Assembly (NCBI GenBank): GCA_009103225.1
Contig: RHPI01003124.1
Coordinates: 187,757 to 251,756 of the forward strand
Length of the DNA stretch: 64,000 bases
Source: Chlorokybus atmophyticus
Lineage: Eukaryota; Plantae; Mesostigma and Chlorokybus algae
Direction: 5' to 3'
Part shown: in pieces, positions 13,310-26,572 of the stretch
How the letters are laid out: the number at the start of each line of letters is the position of its first letter
Numbering within the stretch: the first letter of the stretch is position 1
Program-made: the position numbers and the translations under genes
Notes under the pieces: model-generated
The model's database searches: none
What the model was told of the DNA's origin: nothing
What the model saw: only the letters and a program-made list of their open reading frames with translations

Positions 13310-14849
13310 TCATACGCACGCACACGTGTTTTTGCTTAAAAGCAAAAATACAGAGTAGAGGCCACAAAGTTGTGGCCTCTACCCTGCCTCTACTCTACCA
13401 TGTGTACACGCACATACACATGATACAAATAGGTAGAGGAGCCTGGTGGTGAGTTAAATTGCTTGTTGTATGCTAGTTACACTCCTTGCGTGTCAAATGC
13501 ATGTGCATATGCACACCACATTGTATGCACACCATACAGGTTTACATGAGTATTTCACACTATGCATGCTCGCATTGCAGCATACCACCTTTTGTACACG
13601 CCCATGTGATTGCTTCATCATCATGACCAAACTAATTGCTCCATGTATGTATATATATCATGACACACATGTGTTTCCTCCCTTGGAGCGTGGATGATTG
13701 CTAGCGCACCAACGTGGCTTTCAAAACAAGTTGCTGCTTGCAACACCACAATGAGTAGAGTAGTGCTGAGTTATGCAATGCACAATAAACATGCGGCGCA
13801 TGGCTTGATGGTATGGTTGTGTACATGGCTTGCACACTGCTCTGAAGATGGCCGCAGCGTCCATGGTTAACTCACTTACTATATTATTATGCAACCACGT
13901 GCAAATTGCATGTTTATTAATCAACATATCATTAACCACACAACAATTCACATGTTGTGGCCAATGGCATTGCCAAGTCGTAAATATATTGGTTTATACT
14001 CACATCAATGATGTGCCGTATCTACCTAGCTTGCGTCCCCCCGTTTTGGTACAGTCCCCCTCTCGAAATTGGTGCGGGACTACACTGAAAAGGGGGGGAG
14101 GGGGGGATCTATCGCGTAGTAAAGCTGTCGATTACAAGAATTCACATATTGAGGTGTGCAGTTCTGGTGTACCTTGATGAATTCAATATAAAGAAAGACA
14201 GCTTCGCGCCAATTATGCAAATTATTAAACGCTGAACTTTTTATAGTCGCATATAACTTAAATGTCAAGATTGTGACGGTCCGCCGTCACGGCACTCCGA
14301 GTGCTACCTTACCCACATGAGTCATACCTTACCCACGTACATGTGCTTCAAGTGCTCAGGTCACAAATAATGTGCAATGCAGTGAAGTGAAGTGTTTGTC
14401 TTGCATTTGCATGAGCTTGAATGAGACTACATGCTCGGCCACTCGATGCAAAGGATTGGACATTTGCACTTGAAGATAAGTCCAGCACAATTTCTGGATT
14501 GTTTTTAGGCAATTTCAATAAGCTTAGCGCTTTCAGTGTTTTAAGCCCTACACTTTTTAGAGTGCAAAGTGCAAAAGACTATCCACACTGTCATTCACAT
14601 TTTTTACGACCACAACATACAACATTAACAATAACGAAACTTACTTGAGTCAGTCGCAACCGCATGTCATCGTTATTATTGTGCATGTACTCATCTATCC
14701 ATAATTGTTCGGTCGAGCCAAGGGTGCAACCCTTCTCAACGCCAGCAACTCGTAAGCGAGCCCCAGGTTGCTCACCAATGTTGGACGACTTGACACCAAC
14801 ACATGCGTGCACGCATTGCGTTGCGTAACTTACTAATCAAATCAACTCA

Positions 14850-15260
14850 TTTATGGATTGTACTTTGGTCTTCCCGTTGTAGGACAATCATAGTCTCCGG
14901 TCCAATTCGACTGATGGGCATAAGAACGGATGTGATGTATGCCATGGCTCGATAACCAGAGCGTGGCATACAGCACATCGACTTTCATAGAGTTCACTTG
15001 GCTTGCGTCGGACCGTAATATTGAATTTGCTGCACGATATGCAACATAAGATGAGTGGAGACCGTGATAAATAAGCGTAGTACTCAATCGCGCTTAAAAC
15101 GGCAAAAGACTTCAACAACTCGCAGCTCCATGTCATCAAGCATACGAGGGACTTTTGCCTACTTGCTTTTGTTGAAGCAAGCCTTTCAAGATGGGTATAA
15201 ACTTTACTTTTCAAATTGGCCTGCAGCTGAGCAATTGAAAACCATTGCATGAAGAGAAAA
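14850..15260 (-). pseudogene. CACTA/EnSpm TnpD-type transposase remnant
   Basis: Minus frame reads VVEVFCRFKRD*VLRLFITVSTHLMLHIVQQIQYYGPTQAK*, resembling the TnpD LC..E..F...F....HL..H...Q....GP...W motif; several stops; AT-rich context. Confidence 0.55.
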
Positions 15261-15544
15261 CTGCCTCCATATTGCGAGTAACATAACACAATAGTGAGGT
15301 GTTGCATTATGTGAGTATGACACAGCACACAAATTGAGTTACGTTTCAAACTAGTTCATTGAGTTCGACACAATGACGGCAATAACGATAGCAATAACAA
15401 ATATTGCCTATATCAACTCCATTCGAGGTCTTTGGCCTAAATCTCCTATCACCGTTTGGAATTTCGGCGAGCATAGAGTCGCGTATGCGGTTTGAAAGCG
15501 AATGTCTTGCCATGTACCTTAAATAGCATCTTTGCCTTTGTTGA

Positions 15545-15603
15545 CATCGGTGGCAGGCGCAGCTGGCTTTGTCGAACAAAGCCAGCTGCGCCAGACACCG
15601 ATG
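15545..15603. repeat. GC-rich hairpin (16-bp perfect stem plus 8-bp outer stem)
   Basis: CATCGGTG-gca-GGCGCAGCTGGCTTTG-tcgaa-CAAAGCCAGCTGCGCC-aga-CACCGATG. Confidence 0.9.
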
Positions 15604-16304
15604 GCGACTTCCAGTTGTTCTTTTTGACCCCAAACTCATATGCTCTCAGTTTTAATCATCTCATATTGCACATGAGAATTATTGCATGTAAGTAATGTGA
15701 CATTAATATTAGTATAACATGCAAACAGTAGAAAGGGCATGTGCAAAGAGTACAAGTTGTTATAACTCCAAGTCGTGAGTTTTATTATGTTTTGATAATG
15801 CATACACATATTACTACCTAACTTTTGGTTCAAAAGGTCATATATGCATCGTACGCGTGGTACCTACACCATGCATGTTAACGATGAGATGTACGGGCGC
15901 GTCTCGCTAATAGGTCAAAAGTGCAAAAGGAGACAAGCCTTGTACACCCGTGCTTTTTTACAAACCCATAGGCGGATTTTCCTTATGAGCATGACACCCG
16001 GCAACAATTTAACATGAGTGTATAGTTCAACAATGCTGAGGTGCATTTAGACTACATGTAAACAAGTGCAATAGCGCATACCTGCAAGTTTTGTTTTTTG
16101 CGGATTCAAGCCCTTGGGCCCCCTCGAGAGTTGGGTCGCTTAAAAACCCCCATCATAACAGCTGTCACAAAGTTAATTGCAAAGTTGCATGCATTGTGTA
16201 AGTAGTGAACAAAAAGGCTGATAAACAGTCTTAAGTATTACGTGTGGAATATACTATGCTGCGTCAAGTGCATGTAAATTCCTTAAGTGTTGCAAGTGAC
16301 ATTA

Positions 16305-17425
16305 GCACTCACATGAAACACATTGTAAATGCGTATTGACTTTTGCAAGTTCAAACGATACGCGTGAGTGCCGACCCGATCAATCACATTGAAAGGGCGT
16401 ATACAGCGAGGGAAGAACTTGCGGGTACCCACTCCCTTGATGGATATGTTTTTTGTGCTTAGAAGCACCGAACAGCCCACATCATAGTAGGCCTCTCCAC
16501 GATGTGCATCAGCATGGGCTTTTTCTCTGTCGTGCGCTGCGCGCAGACAGTCTTTTGCCAATGCTAACCTATCCTGCATGGCCGAAGCCATCTCGCGCGC
16601 TGCAGGCACGCGAGTTACGTCAGTAGCGGGCAACTTGATGTTTGTAGGACAGTGGACGCACTCCGTACTTCAAGAAAAATGGAGTTTCTTGCACACTCTC
16701 TTGCCAGGCATTATTAATCGCGAACTCAGCCATTGGGAGACAGGTATCCTAATCGCGCTGGTTTGGATTCACATCATGCCGAATGGTTTCCTCAATCATT
16801 TGATTGGCACGCTCTGTCTAACCATCCGTCTGCGGATGATAAGATGTGCTCACGTTTTGTTGAATGTTTTGGAAGCCGCATAGCGACTTCCAAAACTGAG
16901 CTACTGAGCTAAAGCGCGAATCGCGATCAAATTTCAAATTGCGAGGCAAGCCATGCAACTTAAACACAGACGCGACAAAAACCTTTGCTAAAATACGGGA
17001 GCCTATCTCCGTGCGACAAGGGACAATGTGAAACCTTGTTGATGAACGGTCCACAAAAAGTGCAACCACAGTGTGACCTAATGCTGTCGTTGGGAGCTCA
17101 GTAATAAGGTCCATACTCACACATTCCCATTTACCATCAGGAATAGGCAAAGGTCGCAGTAACCCAGCGGGTTTTTAACGTAACGGCTTGTCACACTGAC
17201 ATCTGTCACACGTGTCAACATAATGCTTTACGTCAACAGGCAACGATGGCCACCAGTACAGCTGTTTCGCTGCTTTAGGAGTCTTGCGATTCCGAAAGTG
17301 CCCAACGTACGGTGGATCATGTACATTAGCTATGCATGGTCAGTTATCACCAAGCTGGCGCCCATATAATAAAAGTTGTCTTTTTTGTTCAGCTTTTGTA
17401 CATTCTTTTCGCCCAAAATCCATGA
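16305..17425 (-). mobile_element. Old Ty3/gypsy chromovirus, integrase half (degenerate; chromodomain and 3' LTR missing)
   Basis: Colinear homology to 18405-19545 (PIPDGKWECVSMDLITELP, HPQTDG, FHVS) with frameshifts. Confidence 0.9.
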
Positions 17426-17688
17426 CGTCGCAAAATTTACATGGTGACTGATTAAGGACTGAGGGACTGACGGGTGCATGAGCCTGCCTGAAATGTTACT
17501 TTTGAAATGTTGGATTTGCCATTGGCTTAAGACTGACGCGAATGGCCGCGGGCTGAAAGTGGTTGTCAGTGGCACTGACCGGCCGAGAGTTGTCAACCCT
17601 TTGATTGATGTGCACAGACGGCCGTCAGCCGGTGGTTAGGGACAGCTGACAGCAATAGCCGGCAGTTTCATTGCCGTTACACTGCTAT

Positions 17689-20600
17689 TGTAAGGAGAGG
17701 GGGTGCTCCTCCTCCCTTAAATCCCCTACCCCAACACCACCACCAGCCAGGCCGACCACACCGCCGCCGCCAGGGGCAACTGCCGGAGCAGAAGATGCCC
17801 TGGCTATGGCGGCTGCTGCGTTAGCAGTGCCGCCATACAGCTGATATCGACATGAGACTCATGTCTCATGTCGATATCAGTGTTACAGTTAAGTAACACT
17901 ACATTAGGGCCTTAACACTAGGTTAACGGCCCTAATACGGCTTATTTGGCTGTATATACCCGTTGGGACCCTTATTTAATCCTAAATAAGGGCGGGGAAC
18001 CTCTATAGAGGTAGCACTCCGTTACATTCCCCCCCACTTAGGTTTCAATGTCCTCATTGAAGGGTTAGCAAAGCCCCACCATGAGCACCGAGAACCAAAG
18101 CAGTGAGAGAACCAGGGCCGAAGCGGTAAAGATGTCTGCCAGCACCCTTTTACCGTCCGCGTGTGGACACAGCACTCCAGTACCCCCGAAGAATCTCTTG
18201 GCAGTTGGTAAGATTCCTTTCGGGCTCCCATGTGTTGTGCTCAACACCATACCCTTTCCATTTCACCAAGTAAGACGGCGCGCGTCCGCGTCGAGGCTTA
18301 CGGTGACTCATGATTGCTTCCACCTCATACTCGAAAGTATCGTCGCCATCCACTGCAACGGGGGGTGGAGGAGGTTGAACCCGACCGTCAGAACGGTATG
18401 GTTTCAATACACTCACGTGAAACACATTGTGAATGCGTATCGACTTTGGCAAGTCCAAACGATACGCGTGAGTGCCGACCCGATCAGTCACTTTGAAAGG
18501 GCCTATCCAGCGACGGAAAAACTTGCGGGTACCCACTCCCTTGAGGGATACATTTTTGGTACTTAAAAGCACCGAACAGCCCACATCGTAGTTGGCCTCT
18601 TTACGATGCGCATCAGCTTGGGCTTTTTGTCTGTCTTGCGCTGCGCGCAGACAGTCTTTTGCCAACGCTAACCTATCCTGCATGGCCGAAGCCATCTCGC
18701 GCGCTGCAGGTACGCGAGTCACGTCAGTAGCGGGCAACTTAATGTTCGCAGGACTTAGTGGATGCACTCCGTAATTCAAGAAGAACGGAGTTTCCTGCAC
18801 ACTCTCTTGCCATGCATTATTGATCGCAAACTCAGCGATTGGGAGATAAATATCCCAATCACTCTGATTCGGGCTCACATAATGCCGGATGGTTTCCTCA
18901 ATCACTTGATTGGCGCGTTATGTCTGACCATCCGTATGTGGATGGTAAGCGGTGCTCATGTTCTGCTGAATGTGTAAGAAGCTGCATAGCGACTTCCAAA
19001 ACTGAGCCACAAATCGCGGATCGCGATCTGACACAAAGTTGCGGGGCAAGCCATGCAACTTGAACACAGACGCGACGAAAACCATCGCCAACTCACGGGA
19101 GCCTATCTCCGTGCGACAAGGGACAATGTGGACCATTTTTGTCAAACGATCCACAAAAACTGCAACCGCAGTGTGACCTAATGCTGTCTCTGGGAGCTCA
19201 GTAATTAAGTCCATACTCACACTTTCCCATTTGCCATCAGGAATAGGCAATGGTCGCAGCAAACCAGCTGGTTTCTGACGTAACGGCTTATCACGCTGAC
19301 ACTTGTCACACGTGTCCACATACCGTTTTACGTCAACAGGCAACGATCGCCACCAATACAACTGTTGCGCTGCTTTAACAGTCTTGCGACTGCCAAAGTG
19401 CCCAGCGTATGGTGGATCGTGTACATCAGCTATGCATTTCGCACGCAATCCAGCATGGTCAGGTATTACCAAGCTGGTGCCCACATAATTCAAGTTGTCT
19501 CGTTTGCTCAGCTTTTGCACGTTGTCCTCTGACGAGAACCATGGGTCAAAAGCATACCCTTGCACAACAGCTTGCACAAACTCATCATCCGGTGGCAATG
19601 TACCGCGCGTCGCAAGCAATTGCGCACGCATAGCTGCCAACAATGATGGACAACGACTCAGAAAATCAGCAACATTAGTTGTGCCTGGCCGGTATACCCA
19701 CTCAAAGGTAAACCGAGACAGAAACTCATTCCAGCGAGCTTGCCTTCGTGACAAGTTTTGCTGTGTTGAGAAATACACCAATGGATTATGATCAGTCACC
19801 ACTGTGAACTGAACCCCCTCCAAGTAACATCGCCATGTTTCCAGAGCATGTACTATACCAAGCAACTCTTGCTCGGTGGTAGTGTAATTTACCTCTGCTG
19901 GGATGAACTTCCTACTCTCATAAGCACATGGTCTGGCATCTTGCAACAGTACTGCACCACACCCAAGGGTGGACGCATCGCTAACCACAGTAAAATGCTT
20001 GTCCCAGTTTGGCAATGCCAACACTGGAGCAGAAGTCAAAGCTAGCTTCACCTGTTGCATAGCAGCTTCTTGTTCAGCTGTCCATAAGAATGGAGCATCT
20101 TTTCGCAACAGTTTTGTCAAAGGCACCACTACTGTGGAGTACCCCATCATAAACTTGCGAAAGTAGTTTGCCAATCCCAAGAATGATCGCAGCTGATGGA
20201 TATTCTTAGGTTGAGGCCAATCCTTTACAACTTGCACTTTGCGAGGGTCAGGTTTCACACCCGCACCGCTCACAATGTGCCCCAAGAATGGCAACTCCGT
20301 CTTGCAGAAGTCACACTTCGCAAGATTGGCAAACAAGCGATGTGTACGCAGCAAGGCGAACACCGCTTCCAAGTGCTGCTTATGCTCTTCCTTGGTTTTA
20401 CTAAAGACAATGATGTCATCCAAGTAAACCATAACATACTTGCCAAGTATGCCACCAAAAATCTTATTCATTTCCTTCTGAAACACTGCCGGCGCATTAG
20501 TCAATCCAAAAGGTAACACTTTGTATTGATAATGGCCCGAAGGTGTTCTGAATGCTGTCTTGTAAACATCAGAAGGATGAATCCGGATTTGATGATACCC

Positions 20601-21674
20601 ACTTGTCAAGTCCAACGTACTAAAGTACGCATTTCCCGACAGTTTATCAAACACATCATCAATCCGGGGCAACGGGTATCGATTCTTTACCGTGATCTTG
20701 TTAAAAGCACGGTAATCCACACACATGCGCAGCTTTCCATTCTTTTTCATTACAAACAAGATGGGCGCGCCAAAGGGTGAAGAACTCGGTTCAATCAATC
20801 CCTTTTCCAATAACTCTTTAATTTGAGTTTCCATTTCCCCCCTCTCTCGGGGGCTCAGCCTATATATAGGCCGAAACGGAGGCTCACTGTCAGGAATGAG
20901 TGGTATTGTGTGTCCGACACCTCGATTAGGAGGTAAGCCTGGCAATTCATCTGAGAACACATCTTGATACTTCTCAATGATGTCTGCAACACCTTCTATG
21001 TTTCCCGGCACAAAGTCGTCCGACGACGTTAAGTGTACCAGAAAAGCCGGTGTGTTTTTGCGTAACGCACGTTTCACTTGCAGTGCAGTGAGTAGCGCAG
21101 GGTCGGGCTGCTTGTGGTCCAAGCTATGTGACCCTTTCACAGACAATGTTACACGCTTACGACCTTTCTTTACCGTGCACAAACGTGCGCCAGTATCCAA
21201 TGTCATATTGACATTTTCCTGCCATTCCTGTCCTAATACCACATCAACACCTGATATGTCGATGGATACCACTATGAAAGTAAGAGTGGCATGATAATTA
21301 CCAATCTTTACTTTCATTTTGCTGCTCCGATACCAATGTAAGGAGAGGGGGTGCTCCTCCTCCCTTAAATCCCCTACCCCAACACCACCACCAGCCAGGC
21401 CGACCACACCGCCGCCGCCAGGGGCAACTGCCGGAGCAGAAGATGCCCTGGCTATGGCGGCTGCTGCGTTAGCAGTGCCGCCATACACATGATATCGACA
21501 TGAGACTCATGTCTCATGTCGATATCAGTGTTACAGTTAAGTAACACTACATTAGGGCCTTAACACTAGGTTAACGGCCCTAATACGGCTTAATTGGCTG
21601 TATATACCCGTTGGGACCCTTATTTAATCCTAAATAAGGGCGGGGAACCTCTATAGAGGTAGCACTCCGTTACA
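17689..21674 (-). mobile_element. Young gag-less Ty3/gypsy chromovirus with two LTRs
   Basis: 338-bp TG..CA LTRs at 17689-18026 and 21337-21674 (3 differences seen); TSD GCTAT on both sides; PBS TTGGTATCGGAGC (iMet-type); PPT TAAGTGGGGGGGAA. Confidence 0.97.
18150..21317 (-). pseudogene. pol: partial protease, RT, RNase H, integrase, chromodomain; one premature stop
   Basis: YLDD, RNase H DAS..E..DH, integrase HHCC and core, C-terminal chromodomain YLVKWKGY. TAA at 18918-20 replaces E in GQTERANQ. Confidence 0.95.
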
Positions 21675-21934
21675 GCTATTAATATGTGACCCTTACCGTT
21701 TGACAAAAGTTGGCAATTCTTGCCGTAAGCCAACACTAGCATGCCATGCAGTTTGTACAAACCTTGGACTGATTGTTTGGTCTTGCACCTATAAGCCCAC
21801 AATATACAATGTACCGGCAGTGGTGAGAGTATGTCCAATTGCAATTGAGCAGCCGACTTGCGCATGAAACTACCCTATAACATTAAGTCTAGCTGTCGCA
21901 CTCATGCGCAGCTTGTCAACCCGTGGTGCCTGCC

Positions 21935-22790
21935 TCAGAACTCCTCCTCAACCCCCTCCTCATGTTCCTCCTCCGACAAGTCATCTGCTTCAACATCGGA
22001 GTCACCTTCATCTGCTGCCTCGCTCGCTAAAAGTACAGCGGCTACTTCGCCCTTCAGCTTGAATGTCAGTGCCTCGCCGTGCACGCGCATGCGCTTGATG
22101 GTCGCTTTGAGAGTGACCACCTGCATTTGGTAATGCTGTAAGAGTGGCGTGCTGCCAGAGGACTAGCCCATCATCATACACATGCTTACCGCGTCTTCCC
22201 CTTTGTTGCACTCCGCCAGGCAAACAGTCAGCCTGCCGCGCTGCTCTCGGTTCACTCTAACCAGCATGGCAATCTGCAAGCATATTGCTTAATTGCCGCT
22301 GGAAACATCAAACTAGGTTATGGATTACCCGTTCATGGTACTCCACAGCTTCTCTTTTGCGACTTGTGAGCTCCCGCAAGTAGAAATAGGCTGTGCATTT
22401 GCGAGATTGGTCATGCTGTTCATGTGCATGACACTGGAGGCTGTGCTTGAGGGTGTGCATGTGGTATTTACAGTGTATGTCATGTGCAAGATTGTCGAGG
22501 CTGTGCACGTGCGAAATAAAAGAACCCTAGCATGTGGCATTAACAGTGCATCATAACCCACCTTGGTTATGCCAGTCTTGTTTAGTCCCTTCAATCATGT
22601 CGCTGTGGTCGCAGCTGCTGGTGGGTCGGATGTTCTTTAAGGCAGTATTGTGGTGTGCCTTTGCCCACTCGGAGGGGGAGCCCTGTAAGATATCGCCTGA
22701 GTCACTGTTGTCATTGGCTGTGCCCTTTTGGTAGGCATGGTGGGGTTTTACACCAAGGACACCCCTCTAGCACCCTAGCCGCCCTGTGCA
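21935..22790 (-). pseudogene. Transposon cargo gene A: spliced, degenerate N-terminal CPWC finger, acidic tail
   Basis: In-phase GT-AG exons join to ..DWHNQ|AYFYLRELTSRKREAVEYHER|IAMLVRV..KGEDA|VVTLKATIKRMRVHGE..EEEF*; CPWCKTPPC..*QQ*LRRYL upstream. Confidence 0.55.
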
Positions 22791-22967
22791 AACATGGAAT
22801 TCATCCCGGACCTCGACCATAATGCCCACTACGCCCCTGGCAGCGCCGCCAACGATTCACCAAACGCCACATACCCTCGGCATCACGCCCCTGTAAGGGC
22901 ATAGCTTGGCCGAGCTATCAATGGTGTTTTCATGCGTAGGGAATGGCATTGCCAGCACTTGTCAATG

Positions 22968-23106
22968 GTACGAACTGCCATTGCCATTGTACAAAGGTAC
23001 CATTTCAATGGTACCTTTTGGCAAAGGCATCTGCGTACGATTGAAACGGTTCAATCAGGACATATATGCAGAGACTCACCCTGGACGTGCAATGGCTCAA
23101 TCGTAC
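22968..23106. promoter_or_regulatory. GTAC/ATGGTAC motif cluster 1 (divergent gene A / transposase promoter)
   Basis: Six GTAC cores in 139 bp (22968, 22989, 22997, 23011, 23035, 23103). Confidence 0.6.
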
Positions 23107-23258
23107 CATAATAATGGTATGACGGAGCCAGTGAATGGCGGCCAAGTTTTCCGCCTCTGGCATGCAAGGGTAGCGGTGGCGGCGGCGGCGGGTGTGCGTG
23201 TTGCTGGATATGATGCATATTACATTGGCGACACCTGTGTCGACGTCAGCAGTGAGTT

Positions 23259-25720
23259 ATGGGAGTCCTTTGTCCGTATTGCCACATGCGCTTCGCCATA
23301 CGCAGCTCGGCCTACATGCACATTGTTAGCAGCAGGGTGTGCAAGCAAATCAAGCTATATGTCGGCCAGCGTCCATTACAGTACGATGCGGGTCATGTTG
23401 AACCGGGGAGTTTGATCCAGGATGCGCACATGCTTAATGCTGAAGGATTCCTCTCGGAGACACACGCACAGCAGCAACAGGAGGAGGAGGAAGTGAACGA
23501 GGGCTTTCAATGTGTGCGTGTCGAGAAACCTGTGGCACGCCATCATGGAAGTGGAGGCGTCCCTTCGCACGCATCAAAATCCAGGTGGTATGGCTCGGAG
23601 GATGCTCTTGCAGTGGCATTCATGCAGTGCAACAACGGCCAACGGCCTGCCGGCCTCCGACATGGAGCGGATCAAGTGCATCCGAAATGGGAGACCGGTG
23701 TGCATGTGGCCAGCTACCTCCGGACCACAATCGCTTTCTCTCAGTCTCAGGTGTGTTCACGGTGTGCGGTGCATGTGCTTCAACCATCAGAGCCATGTCA
23801 CATATGCACATGCGAGTGTGCTGCCGTATCAGAACTACGTGACGGCTGACCTGCGCAAGCCTAGACACCCTGAGGATTAGAACATCAGCGTCACATATGT
23901 GCCGGCCAAGGTCTGTGAAATGCGGTACCGACTGCAGTATCGATGCAATATCTATTGTGAGGCCAGCATGCTTGTTAATGCCCATGCTCTTGCTTGGTCG
24001 GAGCAGGTATCGCTCGCGCGGTTGTATGGCAATCCACATGCCGCTGATGGCTTCAATCTCCAATACAGTGGTGACGAGCACAGCTTTGGCCATCCTTCCA
24101 CGAGCGACTGGTGGAAGGATGTGGAGGTGGATTTGAGGAGAGAGGTGGGGGAAGCGTCCTACTTGGCGCCTGCCATTCTGTACAGTGACAAGACCACGCT
24201 GGACAGCGAGGGCAAGCGCTCTGGCTACCCTCTGATGGCATCGCTTGCGAACTACAGTTGGGACATATATGCAAGCAACATGGGGGTTGTTATGATAGCG
24301 CTTCTGTCGGTCGTTCACGCAGTGGCCAGGCATCCCACTTGGGCGCAGGGCAAGGAATCGTTCTCAATTCGGAAACGTGAGATTTTTCATGACGCTTTGC
24401 ATGTAGTGTTAGGGGATGTGAAGCGGGCAAGTTGAGAAGGTCTGCAGCTCATCGACCCGAATGGCATCGAGCGTCGTGTATTTCTCGCGCTTGCCAACTA
24501 CATCAGCGACTTGCAGTTAGTGGGCATGCATGGTTGTGACCGGATGCAGCCTGCCAGCAAACAGCGCATGGAGGATGTTGTCAGTAGAGCATCTGAGTTT
24601 GTCGTGTTGCAGGAGACTGCCACACTTGCACTGTGTCGGGCAACTAAACACGACATCCTTGCAATGTTTGTCTCGTCACCAAATCAGATCTGTTGGAGAT
24701 GGATGAGGACTGGGAATTGAGAACCGAGGCCTTCTACACACCAGCAATACGTCAGCTGCGGGCGGACATGCATAGCGGTGTTAGGAATGCACGCCAGACA
24801 GCCAAGGCTTTTAAAGAGCAGCACTCCATGCATGTCTAGGAGGTAATGGTCAAGTTATCGGCATTCGTGAGGATGAATGGCTTTCCGTGAAACCAGGCCA
24901 TGTGGTTTGGCAACAGTATGCACTATGGGGTTGGCGACAGTTGTGGGTGCCGGGAACTGACTGCTACTCTCGTCTTGCCCCTGGCACAATGCATGTGCGG
25001 GGAGGCGTCATTGACAACCTGCTTGCTGCTGTGTACGCTGCTGCGAAGGAGCGAATGCGTTCATCTACGAGACAGATTGTACAGGCCAGGCACGTCTTTG
25101 GTGATGATTTTGTGTTGAACACAAAAGCCAACGATACGTGCTTACAAGCAGATGTGCACAGGCTGAATGCATGCAAGGCGACTCTACGGCTTTCGCACTT
25201 CAAGGCACCTACAAGCACAGTAGATTTCTTCCTGTCCGACCACTCCTTTTTGGTGGTGGAAAAAGCGGCGGTGCTGCAGCTGCTGCCGGTCCTTGCAGAT
25301 GGTTTGCTGCTCGACAGTGAGGGCAACGATTTCTTCACCATTGCTGCCGCATCGCTTGCCCAGTGGAACAAGAAGTTGCCCAAGGCGCATGAACACACAA
25401 GAGAGACCCTGACCACAACCGACAACGAGCTGGCTAGCTTTAAAGCTGCAGTGTTGCATCCGCCATTGTCGTCATATTCTGCACAAAAGTCAGGATGGAA
25501 GATCGAGAAGATGCATCAGCTCACTCGTTTTGCCTGTCCCGGTGTTGTTCATGTGAAGAAGCGCATGGGTTCCCCTCGCCACTTGAAGCATGAGCGCGAG
25601 CACGATTTGCACACGCATTGCACGCAATGGAAAACTCGGGTTCCTTGCACAGCACTTTGCCGAGGCGGCAGCCAAATACGTCGACATTGTGTGTGGTGTA
25701 ATGCCAGCAAGCAGCACTAA
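23259..25720 (+). pseudogene. Plavaka-type transposase (frameshifted, stops)
   Basis: WWKDVE..LAPAILYSDKTTLD..GYPLMASLAN, FHDALHVVLGDVKRAS*EG..DPNG..R..F..LANYISD, MHVRGGVIDNLL, KMHQLTRF match the Plavaka layout; N-terminal CPYC..H..C finger. Confidence 0.8.
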
Positions 25721-25868
25721 AACCGTGGCACACTGTCTGCACTCGCTGGCATTCGGTCAAGTGTGCTCGCATTTGCTGCCTACGGCCATTGACACATACG
25801 TACGCATTGCATTGTGGGCACACCAAGCGTGGTCTCCTGGGTGAGGGGAATTCAACTGCTGCCGCCGA
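25521..25868 (-). CDS. Transposon cargo gene C: short C2HC-finger ORF, convergent with and overlapping the transposase 3' end
   Basis: MSAAAVEFPSPRRPRLVCPQCNAYVCVNGRRQQMRAHLTEC; the finger lies outside the transposase ORF. Confidence 0.45.
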   Translation of the reverse strand, partial: SAAAVEFPSPRRPRLVCPQCNAYVCVNGRRQQMRAHLTECQRVQTVCHGFSAACWHYTTHNVDVFGCRLGKVLCKEPEFSIACNACANRARAHASSGEGNPCASSHEQHRDRQNE

Positions 25869-25996
25869 CATCAGGCAAAGTAGGAATCGGCACGGCTGCC
25901 AACAAACTGAGCGAGACTTTAGGGTATGGGCATCAATTTAGGGTTGCCAGCTTACAAAGCGCCTTAAATGGGTCACACTTCAAGTGAAGCACAACT

Positions 25997-26078
25997 GTAC
26001 CATGGACGCTATTGCCGTACCATACAGGGTACTACATCAACATGAATGGTACTCCATCTGTTAATGGTACCACAGTAC
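25997..26078. promoter_or_regulatory. GTAC motif cluster 2 (upstream of gene C)
   Basis: Six GTAC cores in 82 bp; two TTTAGGG motifs lie just to the left (about 25917 and 25937). Confidence 0.6.
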
Positions 26079-26572
26079 AAGGATACTCGCATACTACCAC
26101 GATCGTAGCGTAATATTGTGCTGTCATTCCATGGAACCCAGAGCGCTGTCCGAGTTTGTTGCTGTCAACCATACTCTGAACCAGCAAGGTATGCAAGCCA
26201 TGCACTGACTCATGCGCCGGGCAGTCATCATACACATGTACAGCCAATGCTTCTGACAACAGCAGAGCTCGGGTGCACCATGCACCATGCTGCAACTATA
26301 CATGTACCTACATGGTTCACAGGAAGCCAACACAAAACTACAATACATGCACAATTGTCATCAAGGCGGGGGCCAAATTACCGCCGACACGTTGGCGTCT
26401 TGCATTAGGCGTGGCGACTAAAACGGGTGAGGTTGCTTGCAGAAGGGACACGTTTGTAGATTCTTTGATTTATTTGCCACGGTCTTCTAATGTGCTATGA
26501 TGCAGACATGGCACATCGCTTTCTTGCAACAAGGCGTCTCCCCATCCGCGGGGGGGGGTGGCTCTTCAATGC

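Noticed and set aside
14272-14310. Displaced 3' LTR of the old chromovirus (GAGTGCTACCT)
   Set aside because: Only an 11-bp match, in the wrong orientation.
17494-17681. Solo LTR (TG..CCGTTACA)
   Set aside because: No TSD; better explained as the left subterminal region of the giant element.
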